Origin: the human T2T-CHM13v2.0 reference genome, Homo sapiens | Direction: 5' to 3' (one strand) | Assembly: GCF_009914755.1 (NCBI RefSeq) | Contig: NC_060945.1 | DNA: 64,000 nt | In this document: piece after piece, positions 25,811 through 39,942 of the stretch | How positions within the stretch are numbered: the stretch's first letter is position 1 | How the letters are laid out: each line of letters starts with the position of its first letter | Notes under the pieces: generated by a model | The model's input: only the letters and a program-made list of their open reading frames with translations | What the model was told of the DNA's origin: nothing | Databases searched by the model: none | Translations under genes and position numbers: made by a program

Positions 25811-26253
25811 CAGCGGTCCTCAACCTTTTTGGCACGAGGGACCAGTTTTGCAGGAGGCAATTTTTCCACACACGGGGGGGATGGTTTCAGGATGACTCAA
25901 GGGCATGATGCGTATTGTGCACTTTATTTCTATTATTATTACACTGTAATATGTAATGAAATCATTACACAACTCACAAGAATGAAGAATCAGTGGGAGA
26001 CCTGAGCCTGTTTTCCTGCAACTAGACAGTCCCATCTGAGGGTGATGGGAGACAGTGACAGATCATCAGGCATTAGATTCTCATAAGGAGCGTACCGCCT
26101 AGATCCCTCACAATTCATAATAAGGCGCAACCTCCTATAAGAATCTAACGCCGCCACTGTTCTGACAGGAGGTGGAGCTCAGGCGGTAATGGTCACTCGC
26201 CCACACTCGCCTCTTGTCCATACTGGTCCATGGCCCGGGGTTGGGGACCCCTG
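25811..26253 (-). mobile_element. MER1A hAT-Charlie element
   Basis: Ends cagcggtcctcaacc and ggttggggacccctg. Degenerate 8-bp TSD ttctaagc/ttcgaagt. Confidence 0.88.
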
Positions 26254-26319
26254 TTCGAAGTCACCCAGGTTGTGGTGGTTTGTTACAGCAGGCCCAGGGA
26301 ACTCATTCAGCAGGTGGAT

Positions 26320-26578
26320 TTGGGTGGCCCTAATCTAATAAGACTGATGTCCTTATAAGAAGAGGGGATTAGGACACAGACACACACAGAGGGACAACCC
26401 TGTGAGGATTCAGGGAGAAGAGGCCTTCTACAAGCCAAGGAGAGAGGCCTCAGGAGGAATCAACCCTGCCCACACCTTGATCCTGGACTCCAGCCTCCAG
26501 AACTGGGAGGAAACAAATGTCTATTGCTTAAGCCACCAGTCCGTGGTATTTTGTTAGGTGGCCCTCACAGAGTCATAC
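26320..26578 (+). mobile_element. MLT1B-like LTR 3' fragment
   Basis: gtccttataagaagagg...ggacacagacacacacagaggg...caagccaaggagagaggcctcag...cagcctccagaactg. Confidence 0.8.
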
Positions 26579-26640
26579 ACTAGGTACTTGCTGTATGTGA
26601 TTTTATCTGATCCTCATGGCAATTTTCTAAGTTGTGTTTA

Positions 26641-26907
26641 GGCCCTGCATGGTGGCTCACACCTGTAGTCCCAGTTTGAGACTACAGGAGTTTGAGACCA
26701 GCCTGGACTACATAGTGAGACCCAATCTCTGAAAAAATTAAAAAGTAGCCAGATGTGATGACACATGCCTGTAGTCCCAGCTACTCAAGAGGCTGAGGTG
26801 GGAGGATCACTTGAGCCCATGAGTTTGAGGCTGCAGTGAGCTGTGATTGTGCCACTGCACTCCAGTAGCCTGGGCAACAAAACAGGACCCCATCTCTAAA
26901 AAAAAAA
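26641..26907 (+). mobile_element. AluJ with a left-arm deletion
   Basis: The cactttgggagg...gatcac segment is absent; the right arm and tail are intact. Confidence 0.88.
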
Positions 26908-27566
26908 GGAAGTTGTTGTTTTATTATTATTCCCTTTTTGCAAATGAGGAAAATAAAACTATAAAAGGTTAAGTGGCCCATCCAAACTCACATATACGGT
27001 AAATGTCAGAGCCAGGATCCAACCTGGCCTATCTCAGGCCACAGCTGGCACTAGGGCCCCTGGTTCTAGGTGGCAGCCCCTGGACACAGAGGCCTTCAAA
27101 GACTGGGAAGTGCTCCCTCTGAGCGGGCAGTCCAGAGCCGGTGATGCTCACTGTTTTGCTGCCCTTGGGCCTAGAACAGAGGGCTTTGCACGTCTCTTGC
27201 ATTGTCTCAGGGCTGTTTAGTCCCAGGTTGAGGGTAAGAGGAAGGAGGAGCCCCCAAAGCCACAGTTGGGGTTCTCAGTGGACATCCGGGGGCAAGAAAA
27301 CCTCCAGAAGGTGCACCTTCCATCAGCAACCTGGGAGGGGAAAGATACGTTTCTATGAAGAAAAGATGCATTCACTTACAACAGGAACTAGATTTAGTTC
27401 CCTTTAATAAGAACAACACTGCCCATATTCAATATTGAAATAGGCTGTTTTTCAGTATTTTTACCCAGAGTAGCTAATTTGATCCTCAAAACACACCAGC
27501 AAAATAAGTAAAGGAAGAATCTCTCCATTTTATGAGAAAATCTCAGGCTCAAAAACATCTGTGTTT

Positions 27567-27815
27567 GGCAGGGTGCAGTGGCTCACGCCTGTAATCCCAG
27601 CACTTTGGGAGGCTGAGGTGGGCGGATCACCTGAGGTCAGGAGTTCGAGTCCAGCCTAGCCAACATGGTGAAACCCCATCTCCACTAAAAATACAAAAAT
27701 TAGGCGGGCGTCGTGGCGGGCGCCTGTAGTCCCAGCTACTCGGGAGGCTGAGGCAGGAGAATTGCTTGAACCCAGGAGGGTGGAGGCTGCAGTGAGCCGA
27801 GATCATGTCGCTGCA
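27567..27815 (+). mobile_element. AluS, 3'-truncated with no tail
   Basis: Well-conserved Alu that ends at gatcatgtcgctgca and runs directly into MIR-like sequence. Confidence 0.9.
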
Positions 27816-28552
27816 GAAATGTCTGTGCTCTCTACATCAGCTTCGTCCCTGCAAAACAGCGGTAACACATCTGGCCTCCCGGGCTGTGAGGAAGACAAAA
27901 TGAGGCAATGGACCCAATGCACAAGCATGGCTATCACCAAGTAAGTGCTCAGTTAAAGGCCACACATGACAATGTTGTGCCCAAGGTCTTAGCACTAATT
28001 AGAGACAAAGACAGGACCAAGCCCCCTGGATTCTAGAACTTCCTGTACTCAGCACAACACTCTCTGCACCCCGCCTTTTTTATGAAGTTGATTCATGAAT
28101 TCAAGAACAGCCCAACTCAGATGGTCACACTCCCCTGTCCCCTCTCCTCTCTCAGGCCCAGCCCCTGGACACTGACCTCTCCCCACTCTGCTCCTCCTCC
28201 TCCTCCTCCCAGCCCCGTCGTGGGGAAGGCAGGGCAGTTCCCTGGCATTTGGCTGGCTCCTAAGTGTCAGTTGAGTGATTTCATGAATGAGCAACTACCC
28301 TGATTACTCTGATTACTCTGAAGGTTCAATTTTGATTTTTTAATTTCTATGTCTCATAGTTAGTATTGCCAGTAAGAAACACAAGCCTGATTTATAGATT
28401 AAAAGACAAATCTTCTCCATGGCTCAATAAATACTGACTCGTGAACACAAGATAAATACCACTTAGTAAGATCACTGTATGAACAACAAGAGGTTGAACA
28501 TATACATTAGAGACGCAAGCTAACTCCCTGTGTTGAAAAAGTAGGTCATTTT

Positions 28553-28931
<379 letters not shown>

Positions 28932-29114
28932 TCATAATAAAATGGCGACAAACACTATGTATACTAGGCCCCTTCAAGTTAGGAAAGATCTACCCCAAAT
29001 CCTTAGCAGTATACTTGAGTGCAGAGAGTAATGTGCGTGTTTTACCTTTTAATTGATCTGTATCTCCTATGATGAGCAAACCATAGTACTTTCAAAACAA
29101 AATAACTTTATTTA

Positions 29115-29458
<344 letters not shown>

Positions 29459-29792
29459 GACCAGCACGGTGGCTTACGCCTGTAATCCCACTGTAATCCC
29501 AGCACTTTGGGAGGCCGAGGCGGGTGGATCATGAGGTCGGGAGTTCAAGACCAGCCTGACCAACATGATGAAACCCCGTCTCCACTAAAATACAAAAATT
29601 AGCCAGGCGTGGTGATGGGTGCCTGTAATCCCAGCTAGTCAGGAGGCTGAGGCAGGAGAATCGCTTGAACCTGGGAGACTGAGTCAGGAGAACCGCTTGA
29701 ACCCAGGAGGTGGAGGTTGGAGTGAGCTGAGATTGCGCCACTGCACTCCAGCCTGGTTGACAGCGCAAGACTCCCTTCCCCCCCCAAAAAAA
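29459..29792 (+). mobile_element. AluS with two internal tandem duplications
   Basis: An 11-bp duplication at 29480-29501 and a 32-bp duplication at 29642-29705. Confidence 0.92.
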
Positions 29793-30259
29793 TCTCCTAA
29801 TCTTCTGTGTCTGTGTGGCAAGCCATGAACTCCTTCTCAGAAGAATGTTTTTAAATGCATTAAATAAAGCATGAGGTGGGGAGAGTTCCAAAGGAAGCCA
29901 GTGATACTAAAACATACAGAATTATCAAACAGTGTTTATGCTTCTGTTATAAGAATAGATGGGCTACTTTCACATATTAAACAGCAAGAGCTAGCAGCAA
30001 GTCTAGTGAACTGGGCACTTGGAAGCAGTGATGAGCATAGCAGTATCTCTGGATAGCTGTAACACTGTGTGCAGGTATCTGGGGTTTCTGTCGTGACCAC
30101 GTGGCAGGAGCTGCTGCCACTGCTGTCTGATGCTCGCCCCACAGTGGAAGGAGATGCTAAATTCCGTTACGCATTAGAGGTCAGTGAAAAGGAAGATGCA
30201 GTTTGTTCCCGTCCAGGCACAAGGACTCTTGAATTTGTCCATAGTTAAGAACGGCTCAT

Positions 30260-30538
30260 CCAGGAGCAGAGCGAGAGGCCGGGCTGCGCGTCCTCATCTC
30301 CTCTCCCAGCCTTCGCATCCTCCTGGCTGCCTCGCGTTTCCTCCACGGGCCTGGCTGAACGCACACACAGGCCTGGGGGAGACTGCAGAGACACATCTTC
30401 AGCCACATCTTCTGTAAAACAGTCACTATGGGATGACGGTGACTGGACAGTGGCTCCGTGCAGTCGGTGTCTTTTGCAAAGTTTTCCACCGTGTGCATCC
30501 TCTGCAGCCAACTCCAGCTGAGGGAGAACGGACCCTCG
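30260..30538 (+). other. candidate first (5' UTR or non-coding) exon with promoter
   Basis: Unique, CpG-enriched sequence ending at a consensus donor TCG|GTGAGT (30538/30539). The start coordinate is approximate. Confidence 0.4.
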
Positions 30539-33465
30539 GTGAGTTGGGGCTGCACAGCAGGTATGGCCTGCTGCCTTCACCCCACACCTGCTATCAAATG
30601 AATCAGCCCCCTTTCCCTACAACCCCAAGAAAAGCCTCAGGACCCATCAGGGGAAGAAGAAGCTGCCCATATAGAGAGAGGGAAGGGATACTGCTCCTCA
30701 TTCCCCACACGGCATAGCCCAGGTGTAGAAAGTGGCCAACATCCATTTAGGAAGCCCCGTTTCCCTAGCTGGGAGGGGCCCTGTCCTGGGGAGGAGGCCA
30801 GTGGAAAGGACAAAACCATTTTGGAAGGAGCCAAGAGTAATAAAAATGGCAGGTTACCTGCCTTAGTTTAAACTGAATAAGCAAAGCCACGATCTCATCT
30901 GAGTCCCGTACAAGGCACACCACTCATAAGCTAACTTTTCTCAGCTTCTCTTTACAGGCCGTTGGCGAGTGGGCCCTCCAACCGTGGGCCACAGCTCGTG
31001 AATCTGTTTGTTGGGGAGTCATGTTCAAACCCAAAGAACAAGGCAAACCCTACCCCCAAGGAACCCAGATAACTCCTTATTTCCCCTTTTTATTCTTAAA
31101 AAGTACTTCTCCCAGGTTCCGGCGGAGTGCTGTTCTCATTTTAGAAGGCTGGCTAACTGTGGGTGCAAGTCATTTCTCAAAGCAGTGTCTGTTCTTTTCT
31201 TTAATGGAATTGTTTTGTTCATTTGTTTCACTTCCTCTTTGGGGTTCCCAAGGAACATGAGTTCCTTTTTTCCTGGTATTAGAAGTGCGTCAGTTCAAGT
31301 ATGAGTACATGAAAAGTGAAGAATAAGAGGCTGGCTCCATTAGGTGATGACATGTACCTGCTATGAGATTTGGGAAGCCATGGCCTGTCATTGTTGCTCC
31401 CGCATTATTGTCCAGCTTGTCCCCAGAATGAGAGCCAGTCTCTAAAGACATGCCCATGAGCCGGGCAGCACATAACAGAGACAGGGAAGAGGTCGCTTGG
31501 GGTCTTTGTCACCTGGAAGAAATCCCAAGGCTTATCCTAAGGACATGGAAAGCTGAAGAACAGAAAGTCACTAGTCAATGGCAGGAGGAGGGCATCCAAG
31601 TCCCCATCAGCCTAGAACGCAGCCGACTGACAAGAGGTCAGTGCCACCATCATAGTCCTATGCTTTCTCTGCCCCCGGTAGGACTTCGAACTTTCTGAAG
31701 GCTTTGGGTGTGAATGATGGATCCTCCCTATGAAGAGGACCACATCTGATGTAGTAGTTTACAACATCTCAACATGATTCAAAAATAGATCAGCAAGAAC
31801 ATATTTAGCAAAAAAAAAAAAAAAAAATGCAAGTCATCAGATGCAAATGATGACATAGAATTCTTCCCAGGCCTAGATATGCAAACAGAAGCAGTGCAAG
31901 GGCCGTGTACACAATGACAGTGTGGGTGCAGATAAGACAGTAATTTCCCGGAGAGCTTTGGTTGATGGAATTCCACACTCCATGACCACACAGCCTACGA
32001 GGGAGTAGATCACAATCTCACCCAGAACCACAAATGAGCCTCCTGGTGTCAGTTACCTTCTTTTTCAAGAATGACGCCAAGCTCTAATCCCTCCTCACTG
32101 AGTCTTTATGAGCTTAAAGTAACTGCATTTTAAAATCTGTCACATTTGGACATTTTCCCAAAACCCTTGCTCTCTGTTGGACGAGGCACGTTTCATGTTG
32201 ACTATTCCCATGTCCCCTGGTTCTTCTTTTCAATCCAAAAGCTGGGAACTTTCTACTTTGACCACCAGAGCTTCTCTGGCAGGCGATTTTCCACTGCTAT
32301 TTTCCTTGCTGTCCTTCTCTTTAAAAACCAATAGCATATGAATTCAGGATGCGGGGATATCTTGTGCGATGCAGTAACAGGCAGAGTGAGGGGCAGCAGT
32401 GGGCTAGCAAAGAGGTGAAGGGTGAAGGAAGGCCTGGGAGCCAGGCAGACCCACCCCTTCCTGAGTGTTTCCTCTGTTTTCTCATCTGGGCTGCTGAGAT
32501 TAAGGAGATAAATGCATATAAAGCACTGACCGTGCTTTCTGGCCCAGGGCAGGACTCTAACCATTGGTTGTGCCCATGCTGAGGACTAACCTTGGCCCGG
32601 GAAAAGGCTGGAGGAGGCCCACCCAAAAGCAGATGCTTCCCAAGGCCCGGTCACTGCACGAGAGCCAAAAGCACACATCAGATGGGACAGTATGCAATCG
32701 GAGGGGACCTGCTCTCCTGGAAAAGCCACCCTGAAAGCTTTCATTGGCCAGATCTGAAGGTGTTGAGGTTTGAGCCAACTGCAAAGAGGTAACCGCAGAC
32801 CTTGGTTGCCAGAGAAGTCACTGTCTTTTCCAAGCAGTAGAACCACATTCGAATCCCTTGGAGCTTGTCAAGAGCCCTCAAAATCTTACTCTATGCAGAG
32901 ACCGCCAACAAAAATGTGTCCCCTCAAATTATGGCACAAACTTCAGAGGGGAGGTAATTTAATGCACAGAACCACCCACCAGGGAAGGACAGTGGATAAA
33001 ATGAGAGGTTCAAGAGACACACGGTGAAAAGTGCCCACAGAGAAATTGTGACATTGAATAATATTAAATTGCAAAGGATTTGAAGCCCAGATAAACACCA
33101 TGAGCTAATATCAGCCAAGGAAAGTATGATTCAGTCAATGGAAATAGGCAAACAGTTCAATTAATGTTTATAAACAGGCCTTTTCATCCTTTCCCCCAGA
33201 GGAAGAAACTTGAGGGGTGTGTGGCCCACAAGGTGAGGAGACAGCGGCTGACTTGAAGTCTTTGGGCTCCTCTCCAGGCTTCTGGCAAGCAGAGACCATG
33301 CCAGGGGGTCCAGAGAGGTCCAACCAGCAGCAAAGCTCACCCAGGTCTCACCAGCCAGGGTACGGGTCACCTACTGCTTCTGATGTGACAGCTGAAGCTC
33401 CCAGATACTTCTTTTTTGACACAGCCTTCACCTACTGTTCTTTGAAAGTGAACTTTTGTTTTCAG

Positions 33466-33693
33466 ATTCTTGAAAATCTGGAAGAGAATCCCACCACAAA
33501 AGCCACTCATCCCTCCAGGTAACAGGCGTTCCACCTGGAGGGGGCAGCGGAGAGACGGGTGTGTCCAGAAAGCCCCAGGGCCCATAGCTGCAGCACAGAA
33601 ACCATGGAGGAGGGAGTGGGAGAGGGTGCACAGGAGCCCGTGGGCAGACCTCAGGCTGCACGTGCAAGGCCAAGGGGGTGAGTCCCACCCAGG
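33466..33693 (+). other. candidate internal exon with alternative donors
   Basis: Acceptor aacttttgttttcAG| at 33465. Donors CAG|GTAACA (33518), GGG|GTGAGT (33677) and AGG|GTAAGT (33693). Confidence 0.4.
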
Positions 33694-36446
33694 GTAAGTC
33701 CCAGGTGGTGCTGGGAGCCCGTGCCCTCCGAGCCTGTTTACAAGCCATGGGCTGCACCCACCTTCCCCGTGGAGGCCCTGGACTGTGAAAAAGAATTGCT
33801 TAAAAGTCAGGATAAGTATTGGCCTGAGGATGTCATGCTCCAAGCAGAACAGGGACCCACTGTCATAGATCAGTTCATCCCCTCCCTGCAGCAGTTAGAA
33901 AAGGGGGCACTGATGCCATCGTGTCAAACACCAAGATAACTGAAGTCTGCCAAGGTGGGTCCTTTCTCCCACTTCCTAACTTCAGCCTCTTCCTCCCCAC
34001 GGCCTCCCTGCCCTGGGCCTGCGTAGGGCCTTCCTGCTGACTGCCTCCCTCCCGTCGCCTCTGTGCTGCCTCCCCGACGCCCAGGCCTGTCCCACTTCCC
34101 AAGGCCTCTCTAGAATCTGTTTCCTCTGCCTGTATCTTTCAACTCAAAGTTCATCAGATCAGTTTATTCCTCCATTGAGGCCAGAGCTCCTGCTGCCTTT
34201 GAAAGCCACATGTGCTTTTTCAGAAGATGACCTTTGGCAAAAAAACAATTTGTTCCTTTTCCTTTGGCCTTAACAAGATATCAGGGAAGTGAGAAACACA
34301 GTCGGGCAATGAAGTGGAAGTAAACGTTGAGGGGAACTATGCAAGACTTAGAAGGCTCACACCATAAGCAGTGAACGTGACAGGGCGCTTTCCTCCCTGG
34401 CAACAGTGGCCTGGTCCTGCCTATGGGCTGCATGCCTTTGAGGGCAGGAAGCTATGTCCCCTGGTGGCGGTGGTGGTCCCCAGTCCACACACGACACACA
34501 TCGCAACGGCCACCATTAGACACTTGTTCCAAAGCAAAGTCAGCCCCTCCACAAAGACAGCCCCCTCCGATGATGCTCTTCTTCTGCAGAGTAAGGAGGC
34601 CTCACAACACAGAGATTGCTGTGTGATTTCTCCAACCACAGCCTGCAGGTCACTGTCAGCATTTCAAAGTGTCCACGAAGGAATCACCTTCATTGAAAAA
34701 CGAAACCAATAAAACCTGCTTTCTACCCTTGGTGCCCTCCCTTGCAGAGCCCTTCCCGTTAACGAGCGCTCCTGCAATCACAGCGTCTCATTTGCATCTG
34801 TTTTTCATCAGAGGCAGAAGTGTCAGCCCTTTTCCACTGGGGCCAGCAGGTCACTTTGCCTGGGAACAGAGCCGTCAGGGACACCCAGCAATCTTTCCTC
34901 CTAATTACAGTGTCTGCGCTAACCACTCCAGGATGGTCCCTGCATAACTGGGGTGAAAATCTAATATAACACTGTCTGGAGATCTTCCACATTCACCTAA
35001 GCCGGGGTGCAGGAATTAAAGTGTCTCTGACATTATGCTCCCGTCCCATCTCCTGCACACTGATTTGCAAAGTGAAAATGATCCTCAGTACAAAACCTGT
35101 CTCCATCTGCAACCTGCGAGAAACATCAAAAGAGGCAGGGCGACAGCCTGAAGGTTCCCCGAAGTCCTGCGGAGGAAAAGGAGAGCTTCTCAGGGAGAGG
35201 CAGCCAGGCGGCCAGCACAGGCACAGCGTGGCGTAGAATTTTTAAGTCCCTCTTTGGCGCGTCTTCTCTACAAAGCCTAACTCTCAATCCGTGTTATAAC
35301 ATCCTCACATTACTGTTCCCACCTTGGGTTCTCAGAAGTCTGTCAATGCTGGTACATGATGGAGACTAGAGTCTCTGATTAGAGGCCAACGCAGCACACA
35401 TTTGCCCCAAATTGTCCTTGGGGTTTCCAGCAGCAGCCCCTGCATAATGATGCTTGGTGTAAACTGACCCAGCCCCACACAGGAAGGCTTTGTGTGTCAG
35501 TTACCCCTAGGAAAAGGACAGGGTCAAAAGTCATCCCAAGAGGAAATCTGGCCCCAGCACCCAAGGCCTCCTCTCTCTGTCTCCAGGAAACTCTCGTCTA
35601 ACAAATCAGATATTAGCACCATGAACCCTGAGTGCCACTTAACCTCTGAACTTATCAAACAACACCAGCAAACAGCCATTTACTCCTAGGTTACCCAAGG
35701 GTATCTAAAAGAGAAAAAAGGAATGAAGGAACAGCTTTTTAGGATCTTGGTGGACATTTTATGGGCATATTTACTTGTTGTTGGCGTCTTTACAGCTTTT
35801 CCCTAAAGACTATCATTATGGTAACAGATGGCTTCATCTTTAACTGCTCAGTAAATAAAAGGGCTTTAAATTTTTTTTATTAATCTCTTTTAGGTTTCAT
35901 CTCAATTATCTTAGGGGAAAAAAGGTCTCTATTGCATTGACTAGGTCTTCTTAAACAGATTAATTGGCTATGATAAATTTTTCAAAGTTAGACTCAAAAT
36001 TCACAGAACATGTAATCCTAGCCAGAGCAATTGGTGGCTTTCTGGAAAGGGACCTGCCTGACTTTCTCAGAGGCTCTCAGAATTTGCCATTACACTTTTT
36101 TGCTTTTATAGGGAGGGGAAGTGACAAGTCTTCTACCACCTGCAAAGAACTGCTTTCCTTGGTAACCTGGGGATGCGTCCGCCCCTCGGTGGATCCATCG
36201 GAAGGAAGTGCCCTGTCTCAGTGTGCAGGATGATGCAGAATTCTTTTGCCTGCCTAGAGCACCTAGCAAGGGCCAGGCTTTCCCTCTTTCATTCTTTTCT
36301 TCATTAATGCATCCAGCAAGATTTATTGAGGGCTTATCTTTGCCAAGCACTGTGCTAGGTGCTCTGAATACAGTAGTGGCCTTCACAAAGTCCCTGCCCT
36401 CATGGAGCTCACATGCTACTGACACAGACCAAATAATACATAAATA

Positions 36447-37336
36447 CAGGGGTCTCCACCCACTGGGCCACAGCCTGGTACTGGTCTGTGGCCTGTTAGG
36501 AACAGGGCCACACAGGAGGAGGTGAGCAGCAGGTAAGCGAGCACTACTGCATAAGCTCCACCTCCTGTCAGATCAGCAGCACACGATTCTCATAGGAGCG
36601 CAAACTCCATTGTGAACTGTGCAGGCGAGGGATCTAGTTGCATGCTCCTTATGAGAATCTAATGCCTGATGATCTGAGATGGAGCTGAGGTAGTGATGCT
36701 AGTGCTGGGGAGCAGCTGCACATACAGACTTTTGTTAGCCAAGAGGTTTGACTGCACAGAGACCATAATAAGTCAACTGCTTTCAGACTCATAACAAAAC
36801 CCTCTCAGTGAGTGGCAAGACACAATTAAGCTGCAGGCTTCATGGTGGCAAGTGAGCTTCAGTTGTACAGCTGCATCAAGTGGCAATAAAGGTAGGTCTG
36901 AGACAACTTCCCATCTCCATACATTCTGGATTAAAGTCAAGGCAGAATATCCTGCGGTTGCCAGAAAAGCACTGGAAAGCCTGCTTCCATTTCCAACATC
37001 CTATCTTTGTGAAGCAGGGTTTTCTGCAGTGACAGCAACCAAAACGAGATCACAAAGTAGACTGGACATAAGCACCACACTTCAGGTGTTACTGTCTCCA
37101 TCACCCCCAGATGGAACCAGCTAGTTGCAGGAAAACGAGCTCAGGGATCCCACTAATTCTACATTATGGTGAGTTGTATAATTGTTTTATTATATATATT
37201 ACAATGTAATAATAATAGAAATAAAGGGCATAAGAAATGGAATGCACTTGAATCATCCCAAAACCATCCCCCACGCCGTGGAAAAACTGTCTTCCATGAA
37301 ACCACCCTCTGGTGCCAAGAAGGTTGGGGACCACTG
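36447..37336 (+). mobile_element. Charlie3/MER1 internally deleted hAT transposon
   Basis: MER1-type ends caggggtc and ggggaccactg. Perfect 8-bp TSD cataaata at 36439-36446 and 37337-37344. Confidence 0.9.
36897..37124 (+). pseudogene. hAT transposase C-terminal dimerization domain remnant
   Basis: FWIKVKAEYPAVARKALESLLPFPTSYLCEAGFSAVTATKTR...RLD is a typical Charlie/hAT C-terminal motif. Confidence 0.85.
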
Positions 37337-37699
37337 CATAAATACACCTGGAATATCACATCAGGTAGGGAAGAAAAATAATGCCATGAAAGGAGACAGA
37401 TAGAGTCCTGGGCAGGTTGAGGGTCAGCAAAGAAACCTTTCTGAGGACCCTGAATTTGAGCAGAGACCTGAATGAAGCGAGGGAGGAAGCCAAATAAATA
37501 TCTGGGAAGATTTTTCTAGACCAAGGAAACAGCAGTCCTGACCAGGAAATAAGGTTGTTGCATTAAAGGAGCATCCAATAAAGGTTAAAGAAACAAGGTA
37601 GCAGGTGGTGAGAAATGAAGCTGAGAAGATAAGGCCAGGTCACGTAGTTTTTGCCAGCCATTCTCAGGAAATTGGATTTGATCTTTTTTTAATGAAGTT

Positions 37700-38760
37700 T
37701 TCCCTCTGTCTTCCCTCTTTACTACAATGCACTTAAGTGTGGTTTTCCTCATATCTATCTTGCTTGGGGTTCAGAGTCTTTTTGGAATAAGTAGTTTAAA
37801 GCCTGTCATCTGTTTGGGAAAATTTTTCATTATTATCTCTTCAGATATTACCACTCTCTCATTTTCTCCCTTCTTCTCCTTGTTAGACCTTTTACTTTGC
37901 ATCCTTATGTCTCTTGCTCTTTTCTGATTTCCTCACTTTGTGCTTATTCTAGATATTTTTCTTATTCCAGTTCACTTTCTCCTCAGCTGTGTCTAATCTG
38001 TATTAAACCTTGGGGTCTGAATTCGATATTTTTTTTCATTTCTAAAATTTTCTTTTGATTCTGTTTTATACTTTCTAGTTCTCTGCCAAAATCCCCAATT
38101 TGTATTTATTTCCTTGACCATATTAAGCATGGTTATTTTAAATCCACAAATTTAGATATATGTCTCTCTCTCAACACTGTCTTGTCTCCTCATGCACCAG
38201 GTTATTTTGGTTGCATGCCAGACAATGTACATGAAATACATGGAGATATGGAAGAATGTTACCTTTTTCCAGACAGAAATTACAGTTACTTATGTCTGGA
38301 ATCTATGGGCCCTAACAATCCCTAACCTCCTTAATCCAATCTGGGGTTGAACCAATTCAAACCTGGCTTAATTTATTGCAAATGCCAGACTATTTTAGAT
38401 CAATTTTTACTCCTAGGCTGTACCCTTACGTGGTTTTCCCAACACAAATACTGAGATAGTTGTGGGGGAGGGGACTCTGGGTCTCAAGTTCCTTGCAGAC
38501 CCTGAATGCCCATGTCTGTTCTCCTATCCCTGTTGTCTATCAACAGCTCTATTAGCTTCTCACTCTCTCAGGCACCTCTTCTGGAAAAAGGATACCTAGG
38601 GGAAAGTGGTCACAATGCTGGCTCACCTTTCTGTATTTTATTTCTCTCCCAGATCTTGTCCCTAAAATTATTGACTGCCTTGTGAACTGTCCAGTGCCTT
38701 CAGATATTTTTAATATTTTCTTCTTTTCTAGCTATTCTCAGGAAAAGGATTGGCTTTTAT
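37700..38760 (-). mobile_element. ancient L1ME-like ORF1/5' region remnant
   Basis: T-rich antisense L1 motifs (tttgggaaaatttttcattattatctcttcagat; ttccagttcactttctcctcagctgtgtctaatctg). Confidence 0.6.
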
Positions 38761-38815
38761 TGTATGTGTGCAGAAAAAATTGCTCGCAAAAATTACCCAA
38801 ATTCTCCACCCCTCC

Positions 38816-38820
<5 letters not shown>

Positions 38821-38864
<44 letters not shown>
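38821..38864. repeat. (CA)22 microsatellite
   Basis: Perfect CA run. Confidence 0.97.
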
Positions 38865-38865
<1 letters not shown>

Positions 38866-38872
38866 TATTTAT

Positions 38873-39942
<1,070 letters not shown>

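Larger units (their letters stand above)
24921..26309 (+). mobile_element. MLT1C-like MaLR LTR interrupted by MER75 and MER1A
   Basis: Pieces 24921-25018, 25514-25810 and 26254-26309 join into one MLT1 LTR. Confidence 0.8.
36290..37690 (-). mobile_element. L2 fragment interrupted by a Charlie3 derivative
   Basis: atttattgagggct...aagcactgtgctaggtgct...ctcatggagctcac, continuing after 37344 (tttgagcagagacctgaatga). Confidence 0.75.
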
